This document shows, one piece after another, positions 18,425 to 28,466 of a DNA stretch of 52,330 nt. The notes below the pieces were generated by a model. The model was given only the letters and a program-made list of their open reading frames with translations, had not been told where the DNA came from and searched no databases. Position 1 is the first letter of the stretch. Every line of letters begins with the position of its first letter. A program made the position numbers and the translations under genes. The DNA comes from a virus (taxonomy: Duplodnaviria > Caudoviricetes): positions 1 to 52,330 of IMG/VR virus record IMGVR_UViG_3300020473_000042, one strand, 5' to 3'.

Positions 18425-21400
18425 CTATTGCTTACTTTCATTATATAAATCTCTAAAAAATTTTATTATGTAGGCTGCTTGTACGGTTCGATCTATACCT
18501 CCTATAAAATTAGGAACAACTTTACCATCTTTTGTTGTTGACTTACTTAGAAAATAATCAAGCATGTCTCCAAAACCGACAGATTTGTTATTGTCTGTTT
18601 TAAGCCTACTGAATAAATTTAATTGCTGTTTAATTAACGGTTTTAAATTTCCTTTTCCTACAACAGTAGAAACATTAGGATCTAAATTTTGTTCCATCAG
18701 AGGAATTAACATTGTATTGATCGCTATATTTTTAGTACGGCCCCCTGCTCTGTCAATATCAGACCACTTTGCAAAACCTCTAAATTGATCACGTTTTTGT
18801 CTTAGGCCGACTAAAGCTGGCCCTATAGCTTGATTAAAAAAGCTGGACTCTTGACTTTGTGGCTCTGCCAATTTTGCTTGTAAAGCTGGTGCTGCTGTTA
18901 AAGAAGTTCTAAATCTTGTATAATTGGCAGGTCTGTATCGTTTTATTGTTTCTTTTAAAGGTCCCTGTTTCATATTTGCAAAACGACCTGTAGCGTCAAT
19001 AAGTCTATCTCCTAACCTGTCAAGTTTTATCATATAGTCTGATAGAGACATATCGCCTTTTGGCCCATATCCTATAAATTTAGAATCATTTTCTGATCTT
19101 CTTATAATGTTATTTATAGTTTTTTGTAATGTGTCAAAACTTCCTTTTGCCCACGGTCCAGCAAGTCCTCCTCCCCACAGAGCATTCCAAATTTTGTCAA
19201 AGTCTTCGTTTGAAATTGCACGACCTCCAGATTCTCCTTGAACAAGGCCAGCGTAAAAATATGTCATAGAAACTTTTAAATTAAAAAGACGACCATGATT
19301 TAACAAAAGCAGTTTTCTTCTTATGTCAGCGTCAGTTTTTTCTTCTTTGCCATCTATTTCATCTATTTCTTTTTTTAAACCGTCTAAATACTTAGAACCT
19401 TCTAGTTGTGTAAGTCTTGATTTAACCATTCTATTGTAGGCATTTACACCGCCTTGAGGAGAACCTGCATATATATCAGCCCTTGATTTTTTTATTCCTA
19501 GTGCGCCCAATCTTTCATTTAAGTGATTCTCTCCCCAACCTTTACTTACTAAATTTGATATATAGTTTGGCAATCCTTTCAGTTCTTCCCAGATACCTAT
19601 AAATTTAGTGGCTGCTGTGTACAGTGGACCAGTGTTTTTAATTCCTTCATCAAAAGCTTCATCTTTTATTGATTTGTATTCATCTAACGTTATTCTTTTT
19701 GTTTTATATGCTTCATCCAGAATTGCATTCCATTCGTCAGGCCGTTTTCTTAATTCTTTGAGTATAGCAGACATAGCTTGTCTGGTTTGACCATCTACAT
19801 TGTCCACACCTACAGCTATTCCTATAGTTCTAACAGCATCTTTAAATTGATTAACATGTCCTTGCAACACTTCTGCCTTGTTTTTAATACTTGTTGCACC
19901 CTTTAAAGCTTGCTTTTCGTGTTCTTCTAATTGATCGCCAGTTCTTCTTGTAATAGGACCAGGTTGTACAAAACTGTTAAAATTATTTGGAAGTGGTTCC
20001 TGCATGTTAGGAACCATCTTCCTCAAAATCATTGCATTATCGACTAACTTTCTTGCCTCCTTAAAAGATATGTCAGGATAACGATTTCGCATTGCAAGTA
20101 TTGCTGCTTTATAGTTTGTCTCATTGTCTACAACATTTGTACTTAGAGTATCTAATTTTTTTAGCGCACTTGTAAGTGGTTTTACTCTGTCAAGTAATAT
20201 TCTGTTTTGTTCATACTTTTTATATTCTGGAAATTTGTCTAGCCACAGATCAGCTATTGCAAAATGAAAATGATTAGGCTTAGTAAAGTCTGCTTCTAAA
20301 GGAGCAGGTAATCTCTTTCCATTTGAATCAACAATTTTTAAAAGCCACGGCTGGTCTTCAAAATTAACAGATCCAGAGTTAGGACGTTTTTGGTTTTTTA
20401 ATATTTCTGTTTTTGAGTTTACTTCATTTCGATTAACGATTGCAGATGTACCTGTCTGAGAATCGTCAGATGCTAATTTTTGATTTGGACCTGTGTATCC
20501 TTGTACTGTTGCTTCTTTTTTAGGACTTGAGTTTCTTGCTTCTTCATCTGTTATTGTTATAAGCCCTTGAGATAAAAATGCATCTGCATGTATTGGATCT
20601 TTTATATCTAATTCTCTAGCTAAAACGTCAGGCTTTGATAATTCTATTGGTGTTATTTTAGTAGCCTTATGTTTATAACCAAAAAGTCTTGATAGATTTG
20701 GAAGGTCTGTTTCATAGTTCACAAAATTATAACTTTCTGAAGCGCTATCCTTTTCTCGTTTTATTGAGACTCTTAAAGCTTTCTTACTGCTTAGTACTAA
20801 GTTTGCGAACTCTGGTTGTTTTTGCTTTAAAATTTTACTGAAAGCTCGTATTTCTTGAACGTTTCTACCGTCTAAAATTTCTTGGTATCTACTCTCTAGT
20901 CTTTTAAAATTTAAATATGGAAGTATTCTTGGTTCTTTTTTAATTGCAGAATTTATTGCTTTTTCGCCAAATAATCCTGTGTATCGTGTTACTTCATTTT
21001 TCAATCCTTGAGTATTCATATCTAGAGCTACATACTTACCTAAAGGAGTGCCTCTTTCACCTATTAATCTTTTAATATTCACCAAGCCTTGAGGATTAGC
21101 AGTTTTAGTTACATACTCATTCTGCCTTGCTAAGTCTGCTGTGTTTAGGTGTGATAATCTTGTTGCGTTAAAAGCTGCTGCATTTTGAGAAAAAGAGCCT
21201 AGTTTAAAAGTTTTGCTTAAGGCCGCTGGTACATCTTCTCGTCTAAGAGATGTAATAGGTACTGAGCCTTCTCTTAAATTTTTATGGGTTGTTTCATCGT
21301 GTTTTTTAGCTTCAGGTATATTATTTGGAAGTATGGTAAGAAAAGGGTATCCTTTCACTTTGGCATCAACTTGATTAAATTTCATACCTGCAGCTATTGC

Positions 21401-21679
21401 TTTACGTATTTCACTTGGTGTAAAAGCAGCAGTAATGTCAAACAAAGGTCCGTAACTTCCTACATTTTTGTAAAATTCACCTGCAGCTTTTCGTATATTA
21501 GCAAGTATTTTTTCATTACTAGCAGCTACTGTTTGTTTAAGCTTTCCTTTAGCAATTTCAAGATTCTGTTCTTGCAAACTAAGTTTTCTTTCTTCGAGCG
21601 CACCTTTTTTTTCACCAGCAATTCTTGCATCTCTGGCATCAAACCAAGCATTTCCCAGTACTCCAATATCTATACCCAT
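18425..21679 (-). CDS. Large internal virion (ejection) protein
   Basis: 1084 aa; N-terminal coiled coil; GGRAISNEDF segment; synteny. Confidence 0.7.
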   Translation of the reverse strand: MGIDIGVLGNAWFDARDARIAGEKKGALEERKLSLQEQNLEIAKGKLKQTVAASNEKILANIRKAAGEFYKNVGSYGPLFDITAAFTPSEIRKAIAAGMKFNQVDAKVKGYPFLTILPNNIPEAKKHDETTHKNLREGSVPITSLRREDVPAALSKTFKLGSFSQNAAAFNATRLSHLNTADLARQNEYVTKTANPQGLVNIKRLIGERGTPLGKYVALDMNTQGLKNEVTRYTGLFGEKAINSAIKKEPRILPYLNFKRLESRYQEILDGRNVQEIRAFSKILKQKQPEFANLVLSSKKALRVSIKREKDSASESYNFVNYETDLPNLSRLFGYKHKATKITPIELSKPDVLARELDIKDPIHADAFLSQGLITITDEEARNSSPKKEATVQGYTGPNQKLASDDSQTGTSAIVNRNEVNSKTEILKNQKRPNSGSVNFEDQPWLLKIVDSNGKRLPAPLEADFTKPNHFHFAIADLWLDKFPEYKKYEQNRILLDRVKPLTSALKKLDTLSTNVVDNETNYKAAILAMRNRYPDISFKEARKLVDNAMILRKMVPNMQEPLPNNFNSFVQPGPITRRTGDQLEEHEKQALKGATSIKNKAEVLQGHVNQFKDAVRTIGIAVGVDNVDGQTRQAMSAILKELRKRPDEWNAILDEAYKTKRITLDEYKSIKDEAFDEGIKNTGPLYTAATKFIGIWEELKGLPNYISNLVSKGWGENHLNERLGALGIKKSRADIYAGSPQGGVNAYNRMVKSRLTQLEGSKYLDGLKKEIDEIDGKEEKTDADIRRKLLLLNHGRLFNLKVSMTYFYAGLVQGESGGRAISNEDFDKIWNALWGGGLAGPWAKGSFDTLQKTINNIIRRSENDSKFIGYGPKGDMSLSDYMIKLDRLGDRLIDATGRFANMKQGPLKETIKRYRPANYTRFRTSLTAAPALQAKLAEPQSQESSFFNQAIGPALVGLRQKRDQFRGFAKWSDIDRAGGRTKNIAINTMLIPLMEQNLDPNVSTVVGKGNLKPLIKQQLNLFSRLKTDNNKSVGFGDMLDYFLSKSTTKDGKVVPNFIGGIDRTVQAAYIIKFFRDLYNESKQ

Positions 21680-22227
21680 TATTCAACCTCCATATCTAAA
21701 AAACTTTCCCTTTGAGGTGGAACGTCTTCTTCAAAATCTATGCTGTGTGCTAATTCTTCCATCTGGCTTTCTTGCTCAAATTGATTTAATTTTCTTTCAA
21801 ATTTCGCAGGATTGAGTTGTTGCATAATTTCCATAGTATCTATACCGTCCATAGGATCTTGTGGAAGTGCGTTTACTACCTCTATATCTTCAATACCTGC
21901 CTGTACCCCTAACTTAGTAATGTATCCTACTAATGGAGGTTTTATAATTTCTGCAACGTCTGGAGTAAAAACACCTTCTGAAAACATTTTTAAAACTAAA
22001 GCAGAAGCGATTGTTTCTGAGGATATTCCTGTATCTAAAAGTGTTAATATTGATTCTTGAGAAGAAGGTTCCTCTAAAGATGTAACTATCTTATCCATAG
22101 CTTCTTCTGGGTCTGATATTAAAGAAGGTTGTTCATAAGGGTTTTTTCCAGGTGTATCTGTAAAAGATTGTCCAGGTATAGGTCTTGTTAAAACGTCAAG
22201 TTCTAAATCTTCTGTCTGTATAGCCAT
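21679..22227 (-). CDS. Hypothetical protein (internal virion block)
   Basis: PIPGQSFTDTPG..PYEQP...GVFTPDVAEII; acidic. Confidence 0.75.
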   Translation of the reverse strand: MAIQTEDLELDVLTRPIPGQSFTDTPGKNPYEQPSLISDPEEAMDKIVTSLEEPSSQESILTLLDTGISSETIASALVLKMFSEGVFTPDVAEIIKPPLVGYITKLGVQAGIEDIEVVNALPQDPMDGIDTMEIMQQLNPAKFERKLNQFEQESQMEELAHSIDFEEDVPPQRESFLDMEVE

Positions 22228-22235
22228 TTGTCAGC

Positions 22236-22616
22236 TTACCCTTTATCAAGTTCTATAGTTTTTTTAGGATCTCGTTGAGTTGGTAATTGAGACATTGCTT
22301 TAAGAATTAAAGCTTCATTACCGCTTCTGAGAAGTTGTTTCGCTAAAGCATCAAAAACTTCTTGCTGTCCTACAAATTTATTCATAGTATTTTTAACGCC
22401 TTCATTAAAATCAATTTCTGCCCTTTTCTTAGGTTTCATTAATCCTTTTTCAGACATGTCTACAGCTTGTTTAAATTTTTCCCACCGTATTCTTTGTTGA
22501 GTGTCATTTTTACTTATGGGTTGAGGTATAAAACTGGCACTTTTTTCTGAATCTCTGCCAGCAAATTCCTCAACAACAGCTTTCCCTACGCTGAAAATAG
22601 TGTCAAATAATGCCAT
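22236..22616 (-). CDS. Hypothetical protein (internal virion block)
   Basis: 126-aa ORF with GAGG RBS. Confidence 0.7.
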   Translation of the reverse strand: MALFDTIFSVGKAVVEEFAGRDSEKSASFIPQPISKNDTQQRIRWEKFKQAVDMSEKGLMKPKKRAEIDFNEGVKNTMNKFVGQQEVFDALAKQLLRSGNEALILKAMSQLPTQRDPKKTIELDKG

Positions 22617-22628
22617 TTTAAATATCCT

Positions 22629-24092
22629 CTAAGCTAGATTTGTTAAACCTTTAGCAACCCCAGTAAAAGCTGTATCAAGAAGTCTTCCTAAGAATGTACT
22701 TAAAGATTTTTCTTTATCTACATCTACTTGAGCTTGGAACATTTGTTCTGCAAATTGATTAGATATGGCTGTTAAGGCTAACTGTTGGTTTCTCTGTAAA
22801 TTATTTTCAGAAGACGTAAAAGCAAAAGACGCTTCATCTCTGTATTCTTGCCACAAAGCATTTTGTGCAGAAGTAGTTATTCCTAATATTGCAGCAGCGT
22901 TTGAACGATTAGCAGAGTTTTGTGCTGCCGTGTTAGCAGTATTTATCTGTCTTCTCCATAACGCATTTGATTGATCAATTTGGACCCTCATGCTAGAATT
23001 AAATTTATCTCTTTCATCTGCTAATTTAGCATTGTATTTTTTGATGGAGTTTGTTTGATCAACATTAAATTGATCCATAGCAGCTTCTCTATTTGCATTA
23101 TTTGTAGCAACAGAAACTCCTAGTTGATCATAAAACTCATTCACTTGGGTTTCTGATTTAGCATTAAACTGTAATTTTGCATTTTCTGCTGCAGAATCTG
23201 TAAACAAAGACTGCACTTTAGTTTGATAGTTTAATAAATTTGTTTGTTGTTGTCTGTCAGAATTGCGTATATCCATTTGTAAAAATGATTGAGCGTTTTG
23301 TTGAGCAGCTTTCATCCTATTGTCTAAATTTTGTTTATCCATAGCAGCAAGCGTAGCTGCATTAGTTAAAGCTGTTTGCTGTTGATTGTTTAAATTTTGT
23401 AGTTGTATGGTTGCAAACTTATTAGCATCTTGTATTGCAATAGGCAATGCACTTTCTGCAATAGCTTGTACCATTGCTGCTGCTGCAACACTAGATGAGC
23501 CAAGCCCTCTTGCATTCATTATGTCCTGAACTTTTTTTACATTTGGAGAAGCCCAAGCTGGTAAAGGTTTACCTTCTTCTAATGACTCATATAGCTTTCC
23601 TATTTGAAACTCTACTGTAGCTTCTTGAGCAAGAGTTTGTGTTTGTGCTTCCGACAAACTCCCTCTTTCAAGCATTTGTTGTTTAGTGCGTTCATCAACA
23701 ACTTGATTTGGATCTACTATAGAGCCTGTACTAATTGTGCCTACAGCAGCTTGAACATCTGTAGGTAAACTCGTAAAAGTTCTTTCTACAGCAGCTACTT
23801 GTCCTAAATTTTGTTCTGCAACAGGAGTAGCGACTTGAGGTGTTGCTTGACCAGTAATAGGATCTACAACTTGTTCTGCAGTAGCTTGTCTTTGGGTAGC
23901 ATCTAATAAAGAAGCATCAGGAGATATTACCTCTTCTTGTTGAACTGCTTGTTGTTCTGGAGTAAATCTTCCTTGTCCAAGATCTACAGCACCTACCGCT
24001 TGTTGACCCATTGTGTCTATGATAGGCTTGTTAGCTTCTTCTAAGGTAAGCTCTCTTGTTGGTTCTTCTTCTGTTACTGGTTCATCTGCCAT
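22629..24092 (-). CDS. Internal virion / DNA-transfer protein, Q/A/N-rich
   Basis: MNARGLGSSS; repeated N..QFNA-type helical units; IDQSNALWRRQINT. Confidence 0.75.
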   Translation of the reverse strand: MADEPVTEEEPTRELTLEEANKPIIDTMGQQAVGAVDLGQGRFTPEQQAVQQEEVISPDASLLDATQRQATAEQVVDPITGQATPQVATPVAEQNLGQVAAVERTFTSLPTDVQAAVGTISTGSIVDPNQVVDERTKQQMLERGSLSEAQTQTLAQEATVEFQIGKLYESLEEGKPLPAWASPNVKKVQDIMNARGLGSSSVAAAAMVQAIAESALPIAIQDANKFATIQLQNLNNQQQTALTNAATLAAMDKQNLDNRMKAAQQNAQSFLQMDIRNSDRQQQTNLLNYQTKVQSLFTDSAAENAKLQFNAKSETQVNEFYDQLGVSVATNNANREAAMDQFNVDQTNSIKKYNAKLADERDKFNSSMRVQIDQSNALWRRQINTANTAAQNSANRSNAAAILGITTSAQNALWQEYRDEASFAFTSSENNLQRNQQLALTAISNQFAEQMFQAQVDVDKEKSLSTFLGRLLDTAFTGVAKGLTNLA

Positions 24093-24096
24093 ATCG

Positions 24097-24549
24097 TTAT
24101 ACCTTAATTTCGTCTATGTTTTTCTTATCAGATTGAGTTTGTTTTTTAATAGCTGTCCAGAAGTATTGTATACTTTCTCCTTCTGGTGGGTCTGCGTCAA
24201 ATATGACTTTCCATATTTCTATGACGCTGTTATCATAGTATGGTCCTGTAAATTCAAGTTTTACCAGTTTGGCTAGTACAGGAAAAGGAAACAGTATACA
24301 CTTTTCTTCAAACAATTTTGTAAAGTATTCTGCAGTTCCTTCTTGCTTATTATTTATGTATGATTTGTACAGTTCTAGCTGTGTATCCAGCTTATCGCAA
24401 ACTTCAAAAAGAGCTACTACCTCTCCGTCTACTTCTTCATATACTACTGTATCTGATACAGTACAAGAAGTTAGTGCAAAAGTCAACAGAATAGTGCATA
24501 TTATTTTACTTATCTGAGCTTTTATTCTGCGTAGGAGGGTGTGATCCAT
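24097..24549 (-). CDS. Putative lipoprotein (possible o-spanin-like)
   Basis: Basic N-region, hydrophobic stretch and lipobox LTSC at residues 26-29; overlaps the upstream gene by 44 bp. Confidence 0.55.
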   Translation of the reverse strand: MDHTLLRRIKAQISKIICTILLTFALTSCTVSDTVVYEEVDGEVVALFEVCDKLDTQLELYKSYINNKQEGTAEYFTKLFEEKCILFPFPVLAKLVKLEFTGPYYDNSVIEIWKVIFDADPPEGESIQYFWTAIKKQTQSDKKNIDEIKV

Positions 24550-24865
24550 TATGCATCCTATGTATATTATCTAATTCTCTTTCTATAGAGTCCAATCTCT
24601 GAGCTACTTTACCGTCACGTTCTGACTGTTGTTTTAGTATCTGCGGAGACAATATGTCTTTACTCATAGTATCTATTGCTGCTATAGCTACAGCTTGTTT
24701 AGCTTCTACCTTATCTAATCTTTGGTTGAGGCTGGCTAGATCTTCACTAATTGCGTCTAATGTTGCAGTGATAGACTTTATTGTAGCCTTTAAAACGCCC
24801 CATGTGGTAGCTATGCCTGTTAGGACTATTCCAAATGTTACTAATTCTTTTGGCCCAAGTTCCAT
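24506..24865 (-). CDS. Membrane-anchored coiled-coil protein (possible i-spanin-like)
   Basis: N-terminal TM segment followed by a heptad pattern; GAGG RBS. Confidence 0.6.
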   Translation of the reverse strand: MELGPKELVTFGIVLTGIATTWGVLKATIKSITATLDAISEDLASLNQRLDKVEAKQAVAIAAIDTMSKDILSPQILKQQSERDGKVAQRLDSIERELDNIHRMHNGSHPPTQNKSSDK

Positions 24866-24868
24866 TGT

Positions 24869-25357
24869 TTACCTCTTCGCATACATTATAAAAAGCCATA
24901 AACCGCCAATGATAACAACTACAGCAATGATACTACATAGAATTTCTGATATTTTGGCCCACCGTTTCTTTGATATTCGTCTTTTTGCTTCAAGGGCTTC
25001 TTCGTATTGTTTCTTTTTTTCATCTCTGGCTATCAGTATGTAAGTCCAAGTATCTTGACCAAACTTTCTATTTAACAAGTATGAAATTCTATCTATGGCC
25101 TTTTGAGCTTCTTTTTCCTGAATTGTTTCTGTGATAGCCATCTGAAGAAAATTATCAGAGGTTACACCTTTTATTAAACCACCCCACTTACTTGCAATAG
25201 GATGAGCTTTTTTCTTTAACTGCTCTTGCCCTTTAAAGACGTTATCAATTAGTCCTGCTATCTCTGACACATCTTCAGTAGTCTTGAGAGCCATTTTTAT
25301 GGCTTTGCAACTCTGCTGAACTAGCTGTAGTCCAAAAAGTGTTTCTGCAACGACCAC
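24869..25357 (-). CDS. Hypothetical protein with C-terminal TM helix
   Basis: 162 aa; GTG start after GAGGA; hydrophobic C-terminus. Confidence 0.7.
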   Translation of the reverse strand: MVVAETLFGLQLVQQSCKAIKMALKTTEDVSEIAGLIDNVFKGQEQLKKKAHPIASKWGGLIKGVTSDNFLQMAITETIQEKEAQKAIDRISYLLNRKFGQDTWTYILIARDEKKKQYEEALEAKRRISKKRWAKISEILCSIIAVVVIIGGLWLFIMYAKR

Positions 25358-25359
25358 AT

Positions 25360-25461
25360 TTATTCCTCTTCATCTCTGCAGTTACAGTCTTCGCAAACGC
25401 AGTTTTCACACTTCTTTTCACAGTGGCAGGGATGTTCACAATGAATACAAGTCATGGTCAT
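25360..25461 (-). CDS. Cys/His-rich metallothionein-like micro-protein, not in ORF track
   Basis: (MT)MTCIHCEHPCHCEKKCENCVCEDCNCRDEEE; 9 Cys and 3 His; ATGA-coupled to the tail fibre gene and fills the gap. Confidence 0.7.
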   Translation of the reverse strand: MTMTCIHCEHPCHCEKKCENCVCEDCNCRDEEE

Positions 25462-28400
25462 ACTGCCCTTGCAGGTGTAACACCTAACCCTGCTACACCG
25501 CCTCTTCCTCCAAAAGGCGATTCAGCCCAAGCGGCATAGAGATATGTACTACTACCAGAATTGATACCAGCATCAGAAGTTCGACACTTAAAACCGTTGC
25601 TTAAAAAATCGATTTCCTCGCTTCCAGTTGTCTCCGCAGTCGAAGATTCAAAAACTAGCTGGTCATCCACCTCATTAAGATGTGATCGAGTGCTGTCATA
25701 GACATGCCAAGAGCCAGCAGAGGTATTGTTTTTGATCAATACAAAAGCAGGCCTAAATCCTGTAAAAACCAGACTTCCGTTCGCGGAGCCATTCCCTTTG
25801 TATGTCCCAAAATCAGAGAATCCCTCGATTGGCGCCCAACATAGAGCCACCATGTTATTGCCACTGCCATTGTTTAGGACATGATCTCCTAAAGTTACAA
25901 CAGTCGAGGATGGGTTTGTATCGTTCCAATGGTAGGTTCCTGTGTAAGAGGTGTTGGTCATATTTAAATACGTCCCTTTTGTTCCCCCAAGATCAACGTG
26001 GTAGACTATCCATCCCTCAGTAGCATCACGAGGTTTAATCCAAATCATCTTAGGCACTTTTCCCAATCCATGTCCGAATGTCGCTCCGCTAGTCGCATTG
26101 CCTTCGTAGGTGCTAATGGAAAAACCATAGGTTTGATCCACAGTCGTTGAAGTAGTATTTATACTTCCTGTAGTATTGCTAGAACCAGCACCGCCACCAG
26201 CCCTCCAGCAGTAAGCCACGTATCGTTCACCAGCCGTGTTAACTTTATCGTCAGCCCCAAGTGAAAATCCAGAAGATGTAAAGGCTGTCAAAGTGTCTGC
26301 GTCAGTGGTCTCCTGTGAGGTACCTGTATTCAAATGTTTCGTAACACCTCTAGGTGCATCGTATACGCTCCACTCGTCAGTCGTGTCCCTATTTTTAATC
26401 ATAACAAAATCAGGCTGAAAGGTGGACACAGCACGATCATTGTCCGTAGGCTTGACTCTAAAATTTACTTGTCTCCATTGTACGGAATTTGCTCCTGATC
26501 CGTCTTCATTTTTAAAGCGGTAATAACTATAGGTATCGTTGGCCCCAATACTGCCAAGTGATAAAACGCTGACTGCTGGATTAGGGTTCAAATCGTTTGC
26601 CCCTGATAAAGTCGTCCAATCACTTCCATTATTACTGCCAAACCAACGCCAATCGTCCCCAACATTTGAGCCTGAGCTTTGCCAGACGATCATAACCTCA
26701 GTTATATTCACTGCTTCTGGAAATTGAAATTGGACATATTGCTCGTCGGCATAACTAGAAATACCTGGCCCATTTGATGTACTGCCATTGACCATTTGGC
26801 TCATTGTTCCAGACCAAGAACCGCCACTCGTTGTCACGGTAATTAAACTTGACCTGTCTCCACTTCCCAACCTGTGACCATAGGAATTGCCTCCCATTGT
26901 AATTGTCTGGTTAGCTCCAGTACCCAAATATGTGATTGCTTGAAATCCAGCAGTAGGGTCTGGAACAGTTGGTGTTGGCAAATTGTCTGAGTTCAATTTT
27001 TTAAAACCAGTAGGTATGGTTATTTGATCGAGCAAAGTTCCTTGCCCAAAATCAACCACCCCATTTCGTCCAGTATAAGTTGCAACCCCCCAATAGTACG
27101 GTGGTGTGTCAAGTGTAAAAGTCGGGTTTGTTCCGTTGGCAGGATCGCCATCGTATGATGTAGATGTCCCAATCCATTGAGTTGTATCGGCACTATCATC
27201 ATACACGCCAAACCATAACTTATTATTGTCGAAGTCCATAGCAACCAGATGCATATCGTCAGAGCCGTAGGTGTGGGAGAGACTCCTAGATCCGCCGTTG
27301 GTCAGAGGTGTCTGTACACTGGCTGTATCAAAAGATATTTCAAATCCGTCTGCGTCAATATATGCGTAGTGGGTTGTTGCATCACTTTCCTGCATATGTT
27401 TCCAACCATCTTGGTTGACGACCCACGGATCAGCGTGTCCAGCCCCACTGGTTGAAGGCTTTGCACACCAGACCCACTTTCCAGAACTAAAGCCACCAAA
27501 ACTTGCACCAGCGTTGTTCCAGACAACTGCTTCAGTGCCAGCGACAGCTAGATTTCCCTCAGATAATGATACAGTCCCACCACCTTCAGACATAGCTGGC
27601 GTAAGAGTACACCAGTTCAGAGTAGGGCTGTCAGTTGTTTGGTCACTGCTGGCAAAATTGTTGGCAGTAAAATCATTACCTTTTCCAGAAACATCTTTAC
27701 CAAGATCGCTGGAATCAGCAAAATCTAGGTAAAAACCGTTATCACCAAAAGTTAACGTAGATACTTTTTTAGGAACCCAAACGCCATTAGAGTTAAATTT
27801 TCCAAAATTATCAGGAGTGTAAGCTTGCCCATCACAAAAAACGCATTGTGCTAAATATCCATCGAAGTAATTTGAGCTTCCTGCCTGTCGGCCAAGATAT
27901 TGCGTAGCTGATCCAGTGTTGATGGCACTGGTAGCTCCAGAACTAGGTATTGTGTCTGTAGCAAAATCAGTGATTTCGACACCGTTTACAAATAATCTAA
28001 ATCGTAAAGCTTCGGTAGCATTATCCGTGTCATAGATATTTACAATATGATACCAAGCATTCGGATCTCGAAATTCGGCGTTAGTTCTTAGTATTGCTGA
28101 AGTTCCACTTACACCTTCGTCATTTAGGTAGATAGTATCAAATGACCCTGAACCTGCATTATGAAATTGCATATATGAAGCTGTTGAAGAAGTAAATACT
28201 GACAGCCCCCAAGTTTGGCGAGTCCCAAGAGTTCCTCTTTTTACCCAAGTGGAATAAGTCCATTTGTTTAAATCAGTTGGAGTGGCATTTGTTCGTGAGA
28301 AGTTTGCAGAGTCTCCGTCATTCAAAATGACAGCGTTTCCTACTGTAAGATCAGCCTCTACACCTCCTCCTGCACCAAAACCTATATAACTACCATAGAA

Positions 28401-28466
28401 GTAATCACACAGTCTGTTTTGTTCTTGAGGAACGAGTAATGAATTTTTGTTATATTTAAGCGTCAT
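25458..28466 (-). CDS. Tail fibre / receptor-binding protein with LamG/ConA-like, SPRY-like and discoidin-like modules
   Basis: WTYSTWVKR..FRDPNAWYHIV..YFDGYLAQ; FGDNGFYLDF; LSEGNL..SSGKW; repeated P.FV.IK.R units. Confidence 0.8.
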   Translation of the reverse strand: MTLKYNKNSLLVPQEQNRLCDYFYGSYIGFGAGGGVEADLTVGNAVILNDGDSANFSRTNATPTDLNKWTYSTWVKRGTLGTRQTWGLSVFTSSTASYMQFHNAGSGSFDTIYLNDEGVSGTSAILRTNAEFRDPNAWYHIVNIYDTDNATEALRFRLFVNGVEITDFATDTIPSSGATSAINTGSATQYLGRQAGSSNYFDGYLAQCVFCDGQAYTPDNFGKFNSNGVWVPKKVSTLTFGDNGFYLDFADSSDLGKDVSGKGNDFTANNFASSDQTTDSPTLNWCTLTPAMSEGGGTVSLSEGNLAVAGTEAVVWNNAGASFGGFSSGKWVWCAKPSTSGAGHADPWVVNQDGWKHMQESDATTHYAYIDADGFEISFDTASVQTPLTNGGSRSLSHTYGSDDMHLVAMDFDNNKLWFGVYDDSADTTQWIGTSTSYDGDPANGTNPTFTLDTPPYYWGVATYTGRNGVVDFGQGTLLDQITIPTGFKKLNSDNLPTPTVPDPTAGFQAITYLGTGANQTITMGGNSYGHRLGSGDRSSLITVTTSGGSWSGTMSQMVNGSTSNGPGISSYADEQYVQFQFPEAVNITEVMIVWQSSGSNVGDDWRWFGSNNGSDWTTLSGANDLNPNPAVSVLSLGSIGANDTYSYYRFKNEDGSGANSVQWRQVNFRVKPTDNDRAVSTFQPDFVMIKNRDTTDEWSVYDAPRGVTKHLNTGTSQETTDADTLTAFTSSGFSLGADDKVNTAGERYVAYCWRAGGGAGSSNTTGSINTTSTTVDQTYGFSISTYEGNATSGATFGHGLGKVPKMIWIKPRDATEGWIVYHVDLGGTKGTYLNMTNTSYTGTYHWNDTNPSSTVVTLGDHVLNNGSGNNMVALCWAPIEGFSDFGTYKGNGSANGSLVFTGFRPAFVLIKNNTSAGSWHVYDSTRSHLNEVDDQLVFESSTAETTGSEEIDFLSNGFKCRTSDAGINSGSSTYLYAAWAESPFGGRGGVAGLGVTPARAV

